DNA of 32,000 bases, from positions 4,269-36,268 of the forward strand of contig JBDHHP010000005.1 in the NCBI GenBank assembly GCA_039589275.1. Reading direction: 5' to 3'. Of the stretch, positions 15,262 to 23,825 are shown one piece after another; position 1 is the first letter of the stretch; each line of letters opens with the position of its first letter. Source of the stretch: Gemmatimonadota bacterium. GTDB lineage: Bacteria > Gemmatimonadota > Gemmatimonadetes > Gemmatimonadales > GWC2-71-9. The position numbers and the translations under genes are program-made. The notes under the pieces were generated by a model. That model was not told the DNA's origin, made no database searches, and worked only from the letters and a program-made list of their open reading frames with translations.

Positions 15262-16652
15262 CTCCGCGAGAGATCGCGCGAGCGAACATACCCGACGAGA
15301 TCGCCACCCTGATTGCGGGGAGAAGCATCGTCGTGCTCGTGCCGCAGGAAGATGTGTCGGATTCGATCGTCGACACGGCGTGGGAATTCGCACGGGCCGC
15401 CGCCAGTCCGGGCAGGGCTGTAGCACTCATAGACCTGAGCCTGGAGGAACCGGCGCTGCACTCCCGCGCCCGGGGTGCGGCGGAGGAGGGCATCGTCGAC
15501 GCGTTCCTATTCGGTGCCTCACTGGAACACGTGTCCAGTCAGCAAGACGTGCCTGGATTGTATTTCATTGGCGTTGGCACGGAGCCTTCCGATCCGGCGG
15601 AGGTGTGGGAATCGACCCGCTGGTCGAGACTCGTCAGGGGTTTCACCAGTCAGGGAGCGGTGATGCTCCTCTTTGTGCCGCCTGCTGGGCTCAAGCGACT
15701 CAGAGTCACCCCTGATATGGTGGTCACCTTATCGCTCTACGGAGAGGATGGCCCGCAGGAGACCGCCGCGATTACGAGCTTCAGGGATAGTGGCGTGCCC
15801 ATCGCGCGGATCGTCTGCGAAGCAAGGACCAGTCGACCGTCACTGCACCGCGCTGGACCCGCGATTCTGACGGACCCCGAAGGCCGTCTGGATGAGTCAG
15901 AGGTGAAATCCGGAACGTTGGCGCGTGTAGGCCTAGTCCTGGCCAGCACCGTCGCAGTTGGAGCCGTCGTCACCGCAGCAGTGTTCCTTCTCCAAGGGGT
16001 TGGTGAGAATCCCCAGGAGACTCGGGAGATGGACCGCAACATGGCATCGTCTTCTCGAGGTGATACGCAGACCACGCCCGGCGAAGCTGTCGTCGCGCCA
16101 GAATCGAACAGAGTGGAGCAAGCCATCGTCGCGGATTCGATACCCGGGACGGCTCCGGTCCTCACTCCGGCGCCAGAGGACTCGCTCTTCTACTCTGTAC
16201 AAGTAGCCGCCATGGGCAGCCTGAACGAAGCAATCGCTCACGCTAACGACCTCTACGCAGCCGGCTTCCCCGCAACTGTCACAGTGGCGCGTCCCGAAGC
16301 GGACGTTACCTGGTATCGGGTAACGGTGGGCGCTCATGCGACCGCTGGATACACATCTGAAACGCGCCAGGCAATGCGACGCCGAGGTTTTGCAGGCGGG
16401 TTCCCAATCCGTACACCCCACGCACTACTCATCAACACGTTTCTCAATCGCGAAGAAGCACTCGCTCATGTGGGGGGACTTCGGGAATCGGGGATACCCG
16501 CGTACATTGTTGAGGCACCGGGCGGAGTGTTCCGCGTTCTTCTCGGCGCGTGTGAAACGCCGGATCAGGCCCGGATGACGGACTCGGTGTTGGCAGTCTC
16601 GGGTGGAGATCTTTCCTTCTCCCTGGTTTCAAGGACAGGAACCGCAAGATGA
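15258..16652 (+). CDS. Bitopic membrane protein: degenerate P-loop (BY-kinase/MinD-like, Walker-A-less) cytoplasmic domain, one TM helix, two SPOR domains
   Basis: ATGA overlap with the upstream CDS. The N-terminal ~170 aa follow the BY-kinase/ParA template (AVALIDLSLEEPALH, GIVDAFLFGASLEHV, LYFIGVGTEPSDPAEV, AVMLLFVPP), but QEDVSDS replaces GxxGxGK[ST]. The TM helix is GLVLASTVAVGAVVTAAVFLL (~15928..15993). Two SPOR-like repeats lie at ~16186..16410 and ~16420..16610. Confidence 0.7.
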   Translation: MTPREIARANIPDEIATLIAGRSIVVLVPQEDVSDSIVDTAWEFARAAASPGRAVALIDLSLEEPALHSRARGAAEEGIVDAFLFGASLEHVSSQQDVPGLYFIGVGTEPSDPAEVWESTRWSRLVRGFTSQGAVMLLFVPPAGLKRLRVTPDMVVTLSLYGEDGPQETAAITSFRDSGVPIARIVCEARTSRPSLHRAGPAILTDPEGRLDESEVKSGTLARVGLVLASTVAVGAVVTAAVFLLQGVGENPQETREMDRNMASSSRGDTQTTPGEAVVAPESNRVEQAIVADSIPGTAPVLTPAPEDSLFYSVQVAAMGSLNEAIAHANDLYAAGFPATVTVARPEADVTWYRVTVGAHATAGYTSETRQAMRRRGFAGGFPIRTPHALLINTFLNREEALAHVGGLRESGIPAYIVEAPGGVFRVLLGACETPDQARMTDSVLAVSGGDLSFSLVSRTGTAR

Positions 16653-19600
16653 AACTTACCCGGCTGGAACTGTCGGGCTTCAAGTCCTTCGCAGACACGA
16701 TTGAGCTACCCTTTGACGACGGCGTAACCGCTATAGTTGGTCCGAACGGCTGCGGTAAGTCGAACATCTCCGACGCCGTGCGCTGGGTTTTGGGCGAACA
16801 ACGGGTGCGCCTGCTGCGCGGCGCGCGCATGGACGAAGTGATCTTTCAAGGATCCATCAAACGGCGCCCCATCAATGTTGCCGAAGCGTCACTTCACTTG
16901 GACAACCTCGACGACTCACTCCCCTTAGCATACAACGAAGTGGTAGTCACTAGACGCCTCTCCCGCGCCGGCCAGAGCGAATACCTCCTGAACGGCACGC
17001 CTGTGCGGCTCAGGGATCTACACGACCTCCTGCAGGGCACTGGGCTAGGCAGCGATGTTGGTGTCGTGATCGAGGCCCAGATGATTGATCGGCTTCTGTC
17101 CGATCGGCCGGACGAAAGGCGCTCGTTGTTCGAGGAGGCCGCGGGCATCGGTCTGTATCGAGACCGCAAGATCAGCACCGAACGAAGGCTCGAGAAGACG
17201 TCGGAGGATCTGCAGCGGCTTGATGATCTGATCTCCGAGGTAAGGACTCAGGTACGCAGTTTGGCTCGTCAGCGAGGCAGGGCAGAGCGGTACGAGAAGT
17301 TCACGGCCGAACGGTTCGATCTCGTGATGACACTGGCTCAACGCGAACTCACAGAGTTTGAGCAGGACGAGAACCGCTTGCGGCAAATCCGCGATGGTCT
17401 CGCCAACCGAATCCCGCAGACAAAGGAGAGGCTGGCGGAGCGGGAACGGCAACGTGAGAACCACCTTCAGGCGCGTGCAACAGCGGAGGTGAGACGGGCG
17501 GAGCTGCAACGGCGTCTTGCGGAGACCCGGGTGGAGATCGAGCGACTCGAGGGAGACGTCAACGTGGCTCGGGAGAAGCTCGGGAACGCTGCCGTGCGGA
17601 AGTCGCGTGCAGCCGATGAGCGCCAACAGGCTGAAGGGCGAGCGTCTCGAGCGGATCTCGAGCGTGACGCCGCGGCAGCCGAGCGAATCGCAGCAGAGCA
17701 GGCCCGCAAGTCCGTGCAGACTGAGCTTGACCTCCGAGTGGACTCCGAAGGAGAAGTGCGCGGGCAGCTGGCAGAACAGCGATCGCTGGTGAGAGACACC
17801 GAGGCAGAGCTGCAGCGGCAAGCGGAACTGCAGCGATCAATGGCCGCCGAAAAGGCCGTCGTCGAGCGCGAGATCGGAGATATCACCGGCCAGTTGGACG
17901 AAGCAACCGGCAGGCACGAGGAAGCGGCTCGAGAGTTGGAACGGGCGCAGCAGCAAGTCGAGACAACCCGGCTGGCCTTGGACCAGTGTCGCAACGACGA
18001 GCGAGACGCGGCCAGCGAACTGGAGCGGGCACGGCACAGCCTGGCAGCTGCTCGAGAACGCGAGGCTGCGATTCGCGTCGACCTCCGGGCGGCGGACGAG
18101 CGGATCGCTCAGCTAGGCGCGCGGAGAGAGGCGCTCAGCGAGTTGGAGAGGGTACGGGAAGGTCTGGCTCCAGCAGCGCAGGAACTGTTACGGTCGCGAG
18201 ACAGGTTCGGGGAAGGGGCTATCTTGGGCCCCCTGAGCGATTTTGTGTCGGCTCCTCAATCAGAGGCACGGTTGGCCGAACGTCTGCTGGCCGATTGGCT
18301 CCACGCCGTACTAGTGCGCGACGAGGCGACCGTGAGCGCCGTACAGGACTGGCACGGAGAGGTACAGCCGGGTCCACTGATTCTACTGCCAGCATCGCCC
18401 GGTCCAAGCCGCAGCGCAGAGCGCGACCTGCCGTCTGAAATCACTGCAATGCCTCCGGCAGAAGCTTGGGCCAGTGCATTGCTGGAAGGCTCCAATAGCC
18501 TCGACGCCGAAGGCAATGCCGTTAGGCTTTCCAACGGTGCTGTCTACCTCCATAGCGGCGACTCGACTGGGCCGCTTTCCCGCCGCGCGGATATCGACGG
18601 ACTCACACGGAATCTCGATACGGCCCGGAATCATCTAACGGAACTGAAGCACGGCGTACAGCGGGCGGTGGTTGAGCATGCGTCAGCGGAGAGTGCGCTG
18701 GAAACGGCAGCAACCCGGACGGACCAATCGCGAACCGCCTTGCACGAGGCTCAAGGAGCATGTGATGAAGCGGTCCGCCACCACCACCGGGCGGAGCGCG
18801 AGTCGTCTGAGGCGGGAGAAGCATCTGCGCGCTTGAAGCATCGTTTCGAGGAACGCTCGGAGAGACTCGAGAGGCTAGCGTCGGATCTAAGTGCAGCTGG
18901 CGAAAAAAGAGAGCGCCTTGCCGGGGAACTTGAACGATATCGCACAGCGCTGACCGAATTGGAATCGGCGCAAGAGGCGGCAAGGGAGAGGAGAGTCCAC
19001 TGGCAAGTGGAAGAAGCGCAGGTGTCAGCCCGGGAAGAAGCTGCGCGCGAGCGCGAGACTCGAGCGGAGCACTCTTTGGCAGAGGCTCGCAGCGCAATGA
19101 GCTTGCTGGAACGCGAAATTGCAGACATCGAGCAATCCACGAGCGAGTCCGAAGAAAAACTCGCCCGCTGGGAAGACGACCTCGCGGAACGACGGGTGGC
19201 AGTCGAGGAGATCAACGCAGCCGCGTTGAATGCCGAGGAGGCCGTTGAGACGGCTGACTCAAATACACGCCGCACCGAGGATCACATCGCAGAGGTGCGT
19301 GAGGAACTAAACAGCGTAACGGAGCAGTCCCACACGGTCGAACTCGAGCTCACTCAGTCACAGGGCCATAGACAAGCATTGGTTGAACGGATTGAGGCAG
19401 AGTGGCACAAGCCTCTGTCCGAGTTGGTTGATAGCACCAGCAACGTCGAAGGTGATACTGCAGAACTGCGAGAGGAAGCCGAACGCCTGGCAAGGGCGCT
19501 CGATGCGTTGGGACCAGTCAACCCTCTTGCGGTTCTCGAGCACGCCGAGGAAGTCAAACGTCTCGACTTCTTAGAGGAACAGCGAGCTGACCTGGTCGAA

Positions 19601-20119
19601 GCACGATCCAGCCTACTTCAGGCGTTGCACGAGATCGACGAGACTGCGCGTAACATGTTTTTGGAAACGTTCGGACAGATCCAGGAGAATTTCTTGACAG
19701 TGTTCCGGACCTTGTTCGAGGGCGGTGAGTGCGACGTTAGGCTCGAAGATGGTGACGACCCCCTTTCCAGTCCGATAGGCATATTCGCGGCTCCGCGTGG
19801 CAAGCGGATTCAGCGAATTCACCTGTTGTCGTCCGGGGAGCGCGCATTGGTCGCTTTGTCTTTGCTGTTTGCCATCTACCTGACCAAGCCAGCTCCGTTC
19901 TGCCTGCTCGATGAAGTGGATGCGCCGCTCGACGACGCAAACGTCACGCGGTTCGTGCGTCTGCTCGACGAGTTCAAGGCGGACACGCAGTTCATCGTCA
20001 TAACGCACAATCCCCGCACCATGCAGGTCGCCGACGCCGTGTATGGAGTCACCATGCAGGAGCCGGGCATCTCGACCATTGTTGGCGTACGGCTTGGCCG
20101 GGAGGCAGTTGCCTCTTGA
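16649..20119 (+). CDS. smc: Chromosome segregation protein SMC
   Basis: 1156 aa. Walker A GPNGCGKSN, long coiled-coil arms rich in E/R/A/L, a central hinge, the signature motif LSSGERALVALSLLFA and Walker B FCLLDEVDAPLD. ATGA overlap with the upstream CDS. Confidence 0.96.
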   Translation: MKLTRLELSGFKSFADTIELPFDDGVTAIVGPNGCGKSNISDAVRWVLGEQRVRLLRGARMDEVIFQGSIKRRPINVAEASLHLDNLDDSLPLAYNEVVVTRRLSRAGQSEYLLNGTPVRLRDLHDLLQGTGLGSDVGVVIEAQMIDRLLSDRPDERRSLFEEAAGIGLYRDRKISTERRLEKTSEDLQRLDDLISEVRTQVRSLARQRGRAERYEKFTAERFDLVMTLAQRELTEFEQDENRLRQIRDGLANRIPQTKERLAERERQRENHLQARATAEVRRAELQRRLAETRVEIERLEGDVNVAREKLGNAAVRKSRAADERQQAEGRASRADLERDAAAAERIAAEQARKSVQTELDLRVDSEGEVRGQLAEQRSLVRDTEAELQRQAELQRSMAAEKAVVEREIGDITGQLDEATGRHEEAARELERAQQQVETTRLALDQCRNDERDAASELERARHSLAAAREREAAIRVDLRAADERIAQLGARREALSELERVREGLAPAAQELLRSRDRFGEGAILGPLSDFVSAPQSEARLAERLLADWLHAVLVRDEATVSAVQDWHGEVQPGPLILLPASPGPSRSAERDLPSEITAMPPAEAWASALLEGSNSLDAEGNAVRLSNGAVYLHSGDSTGPLSRRADIDGLTRNLDTARNHLTELKHGVQRAVVEHASAESALETAATRTDQSRTALHEAQGACDEAVRHHHRAERESSEAGEASARLKHRFEERSERLERLASDLSAAGEKRERLAGELERYRTALTELESAQEAARERRVHWQVEEAQVSAREEAARERETRAEHSLAEARSAMSLLEREIADIEQSTSESEEKLARWEDDLAERRVAVEEINAAALNAEEAVETADSNTRRTEDHIAEVREELNSVTEQSHTVELELTQSQGHRQALVERIEAEWHKPLSELVDSTSNVEGDTAELREEAERLARALDALGPVNPLAVLEHAEEVKRLDFLEEQRADLVEARSSLLQALHEIDETARNMFLETFGQIQENFLTVFRTLFEGGECDVRLEDGDDPLSSPIGIFAAPRGKRIQRIHLLSSGERALVALSLLFAIYLTKPAPFCLLDEVDAPLDDANVTRFVRLLDEFKADTQFIVITHNPRTMQVADAVYGVTMQEPGISTIVGVRLGREAVAS

Positions 20120-22389
20120 AAATCCCCGCCGCCATCGGAGCGGCTTGCCTTTCGGCCGCGGCGGCAACCCAAGCGCAGCAGCCGACCGTGTCCACCGCCT
20201 TGAACAGCATTGCGCGCCAAGACACCGTCGTCACGGTTTGGCTGATGGCCCGGCCCGAGACTGCTCTCTCGGGGGTGGAGGACCTGGTACGCCGGGTTGA
20301 CGGAACCGTCCGGCACCGCAGTCGCTGGCTGCACGCCGTCTCGGCAAAGCTGCCCGTGTCCGGTCTACCTGCTGTCAGGAACTACCTTGGCCTGCGTCAC
20401 ATCCAGCCGGTGGCCGTCTTCCAAGGCCGCCGTGAGTACGAGGGGGAGCAGGTTCTGGGTATTAGCCGGGCGGCGGCGCGGGCGGCGTCTGACTCGCTGT
20501 TCGGCCCGTCAGCGATGCCCCCCAGGCAACTCAATCTGTTTCCACTGGTAGAACTGGGTATTCTCGGCGCTGGCGTGAAGATCGCGCTGTTCGACACGGG
20601 TTTCGAAACGGGTAACGCCGCCTTCGCGGGTGCAACCGTACTGGCGCAACGTGACTTCGTGTTCAACGACGAGATTGTCGCTAACCAAGCTAATGACGCA
20701 TCGGACGCTTCGCGTCACGGCACGGCCATGTGGTCGCTGCTAGCGGCCAACCTTCCCGAACAAATCGTGGGGATCGCACCAGAGGCAGAATACATCCTCG
20801 CTAAGACGGAGGATGTTCGCTCCGAGACCCGGGTCGAAGAAGACAACTATGTGGCGGCGCTGGAGTGGGCCGACTCAATCGGCGCTGACATCGTGTCGTC
20901 CAGCCTCTCATACCTCGGGTTCGACGACGGCTTCAGCTACACGTTCGATCAACTCAACGGAGACGTCGCGGTGATCACGATTGCCGCTGACTCTGCGGCT
21001 GCCAGAGGTGTCACAGTAGTCACGGCGGTAGGAAACAGTGGAAATCAGGGATTCCGTTCGCTACACACACCGGCCGACGGCGATTCAGTCATCGCAGTAG
21101 GCGCCGAGGATTCCCTCGGCGTACTACAGGGTTTCAGCTCGCGCGGACCCACCGCCGACGGACGGATAAAGCCTGACCTGACCGCTCCCGGCTATCAAGT
21201 GTTCGTGGTAGATGTTGAGGCAGGATCGGGATTCGCCCGTTTCAACGGCACGTCTCTCAGTACACCACTCATAGCCGGCACCGCAGCGCTCATCCGGCAA
21301 CTCCATCCGGCGCTCACCCCTGCCGAGCTGCTAGACGCGATGCGGCGTACCGGCACGAACCGGCAATCTCCAGACTCGCTCGTCGGCTGGGGCCGCCCTG
21401 ACGGAACCACTGCCGCATCGTTTCCCTACGGCATCCGTCTCGATAACCCCGCTACGATGACGCTGGCAGGAGTGACCCCCTACTTCTCGTGGAGTACGCC
21501 AGACGTCCCAGCCTTCGCGCAACCTGTCACCTACCAATTGCGAGTTGCTACCGACTCGGTGTTTGCGACGGTCCTGGTTGACACGAGCCTGACAGCAACC
21601 GAACTGCAGTTGGATTCAGCCTTTGCACCGGCGGATTCCGTATGGTTTGAACTCATCGCCACAGGGGCCAACGCAACGTCAATTGACGTGCGGCCGCCCA
21701 CCGCTTACCTGGTACCCGATTGGGCCTCATTGCTCACTCTCAACAGTCCGCAGGGTACAACCATACGAGAAAGGCGGCCAACCTTCGCGTGGACGTCGCC
21801 AGAGGCCGTTTCTCCACCTGGCCCGTTCACCTATGATCTGGCGGTTCTCAGGGTGGACAATGGACTCGCGGCATTGGCGGTTGCGGGACTCACTGAGACG
21901 GAATATGTGCCGCAGAGCGATCTCGATCTCAACACGCCGTATCGTTGGCAGGTGATTGCCAGGCTCGATTCCGACAGTTCAGTCGTAGAGAGCCGCAGCA
22001 CGTTCATCATCGTGGACGAGTCGATTCCCACCGCGACCCTACTGTTCCAGAATTTCCCCAACCCATTCCCCAACGAATCAGTCGGGCTGCAGTCGACCTG
22101 CATCTGGTTCGATATCGCAAACGGTGGCGAGGTGACCTTGGACATTCTCGATATTAGAGGTCACGTGGTACGCAACATTGTTCCGGCACAGGGGTTCCCA
22201 TCAAATCTGGAACCAGGCCGCTACGGTAGAGGAGAGGCCGGTGGCCCCGGCAGCTGTGATCCACGCTTCACTTGGGACGGCACAACGGCGAACGGTGCGG
22301 AAGTTCCCAGGGGTATCTACCTCGTTCGCCTCAACACGCCGGACGGCGCTTTCGTGAAGCGCATCGTCTACATGGGAGCGCGGGGGTAG
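20116..22389 (+). CDS. Secreted S8 (subtilisin-like) serine peptidase with two repeated Ig/Fn3-like modules and a FlgD-Ig/T9SS-like C-terminal domain
   Basis: The TTG start overlaps the smc stop (TTGA). Signal peptide MKIPAAIGAACLSAAAATQAQQ. Catalytic triad contexts are ALFDTGFE (Asp), SRHGTAMWS (His) and NGTSLSTPLIAGTAAL (Ser). Duplicated modules lie at ~21475..21665 and ~21772..21963. The C-terminal domain reads LFQNFPNPFPNES...GIYLVRLNTPDGAFVKRIVYMG. Confidence 0.85.
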   Translation: MKIPAAIGAACLSAAAATQAQQPTVSTALNSIARQDTVVTVWLMARPETALSGVEDLVRRVDGTVRHRSRWLHAVSAKLPVSGLPAVRNYLGLRHIQPVAVFQGRREYEGEQVLGISRAAARAASDSLFGPSAMPPRQLNLFPLVELGILGAGVKIALFDTGFETGNAAFAGATVLAQRDFVFNDEIVANQANDASDASRHGTAMWSLLAANLPEQIVGIAPEAEYILAKTEDVRSETRVEEDNYVAALEWADSIGADIVSSSLSYLGFDDGFSYTFDQLNGDVAVITIAADSAAARGVTVVTAVGNSGNQGFRSLHTPADGDSVIAVGAEDSLGVLQGFSSRGPTADGRIKPDLTAPGYQVFVVDVEAGSGFARFNGTSLSTPLIAGTAALIRQLHPALTPAELLDAMRRTGTNRQSPDSLVGWGRPDGTTAASFPYGIRLDNPATMTLAGVTPYFSWSTPDVPAFAQPVTYQLRVATDSVFATVLVDTSLTATELQLDSAFAPADSVWFELIATGANATSIDVRPPTAYLVPDWASLLTLNSPQGTTIRERRPTFAWTSPEAVSPPGPFTYDLAVLRVDNGLAALAVAGLTETEYVPQSDLDLNTPYRWQVIARLDSDSSVVESRSTFIIVDESIPTATLLFQNFPNPFPNESVGLQSTCIWFDIANGGEVTLDILDIRGHVVRNIVPAQGFPSNLEPGRYGRGEAGGPGSCDPRFTWDGTTANGAEVPRGIYLVRLNTPDGAFVKRIVYMGARG

Positions 22390-23157
22390 GTGCAACTCGT
22401 CGTCCTAGGCAGCGGGACCGTGGCGCCGTCCGCAGATCGGACATCTGCCGCCCACTGGGTCGTCACCGGAGAAACCAAATTGCTGCTTGACTGCGGCGCC
22501 GGCACGCTGCATCGGGCCGCTGAGTTCTCAGTACCCTGGCACGAGGCGACTCACGTGGCAGTGTCACACTTCCACGTGGACCATTGGGGCGAGTTGCCGG
22601 CTCTGATCTTCGCGATGCGTTGGGGAATCGAGCCCGCCCGAACCGATCCGTTGACAGTGATTGGGCCGCAAGGTCTCGAGACCCGCCTCAGGCTGTTGGC
22701 AGCGGCGCTGGGAGATTGGGTGCTCCAGCCGGGCTTCCCCCTCAACGTGGTGGAACTGAAGCCTGGGAACAGCCTTAGTCTCTCTGAAGGCGTCACAATC
22801 GAGGCACACAAGACTCCCCACACGGAACAGAGTGTCGCCTTCGCGGTAAGGGATAGAGAGGTGCGTATGGTATATACCGCAGACACTGGACCCGACGAGG
22901 ACCTGGCGAAGTGGGCCCGGGGCTGCGACCTGTTGCTGGCTGAATGCTCGCTCCCGGATGAGAGGTCTGTCGACATGCATCTGACGCCCACTCGCGCAGG
23001 TGAGTTGGCGAGTGAAGCCTGCGCCCACAGACTGGTATTGACCCACTTCTACCCGGTCTTCGGTGACGTCGATCCCGCGGCGGTTGCACGGCGCTTCTAC
23101 AGCGGCACCGTTCGGGCCGCGAGCGATGGGGACCGGTTCGAGATACGGAGAGGATAG
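22390..23157 (+). CDS. MBL-fold metallo-hydrolase (short RNase Z/PhnP-like)
   Basis: The GTG start directly abuts the upstream TAG stop. Motifs: VVLGSGT, LLLDCGAGT, and the metal-binding motif SHFHVDHWG. Later Asp and His ligands are also present (TADTGP, VLTHF). Confidence 0.75.
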   Translation: MQLVVLGSGTVAPSADRTSAAHWVVTGETKLLLDCGAGTLHRAAEFSVPWHEATHVAVSHFHVDHWGELPALIFAMRWGIEPARTDPLTVIGPQGLETRLRLLAAALGDWVLQPGFPLNVVELKPGNSLSLSEGVTIEAHKTPHTEQSVAFAVRDREVRMVYTADTGPDEDLAKWARGCDLLLAECSLPDERSVDMHLTPTRAGELASEACAHRLVLTHFYPVFGDVDPAAVARRFYSGTVRAASDGDRFEIRRG

Positions 23158-23168
23158 TCGGCAGGAAC

Positions 23169-23825
23169 ATGCTTACCCTTTTCCAGCGCGGCTTGACGAT
23201 GTCATTGCTCGTAACCGCCCCATTGACCGCGCAGGACGCCATAACGGCGCTCGGCCGTGCCGAGCAGACGTACGCCGGCCTAGAAGCCCTTACGGCGGAG
23301 TTCGTCCAGACGATTGTCAATCCAATGCTGGGTGGGCCTGAGGTATCCAGCGGAGTTCTTTTCATCGCTCCGCCAAGCCGGTTCTCCATGCGGTTTAGCG
23401 AGCCGGAAGGCGACAGAATAGTCGCGGACGGAACCTGGCTGTGGGCTTACACGCCAAGCACGGTGCCCGGCCAGGTGATAAGAACCGCCATACCAGCGGC
23501 GGGTGCAGCCAGCCCGAACCTACTCGCGCAATTCGTTGTGAGACCGCTGGAACACTACCGTGTGTCTCATGTGGGTGTGGACAGTAGCCAACAGGTTGTG
23601 GCCGACGTAGTCCGATTGATCCCGCGAAGCGATGAAGTGCAGTTTCGAGAGGCCGAGATCTCGATCGCACGAGGCACCGGGTTCATTCTGCGGTTGTCCG
23701 TCAGAGAGCTGTCCGGACAAAGACGCACACTGGAGTTCTCAGAGATATCGGTCGGTGCGCCTATTCCCATTGACGAGTTGGGCTTCGCAGTTCCCGAAGG
23801 GGTCAGGGTCGTGACGCCTTACTGA
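23169..23825 (+). CDS. LolA-like outer-membrane lipoprotein carrier/chaperone family protein
   Basis: Signal peptide plus the LolA-family pattern (L......Y..L..L.A.F.Q.........SSG.L....P..F.M.F..P.G..IV.DG..LW.Y.P). Size is about 200 aa. Confidence 0.7.
   Translation: MLTLFQRGLTMSLLVTAPLTAQDAITALGRAEQTYAGLEALTAEFVQTIVNPMLGGPEVSSGVLFIAPPSRFSMRFSEPEGDRIVADGTWLWAYTPSTVPGQVIRTAIPAAGAASPNLLAQFVVRPLEHYRVSHVGVDSSQQVVADVVRLIPRSDEVQFREAEISIARGTGFILRLSVRELSGQRRTLEFSEISVGAPIPIDELGFAVPEGVRVVTPY

Noticed and set aside
17045-19275. Several long minus-strand ORFs (258, 175, 164 and 174 aa) inside smc
   Set aside because: They are antisense to an unambiguous SMC coding frame. Their products are Arg/Ser/Ala/Pro-rich with no domain-like features. 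They are GC-rich frame artefacts.
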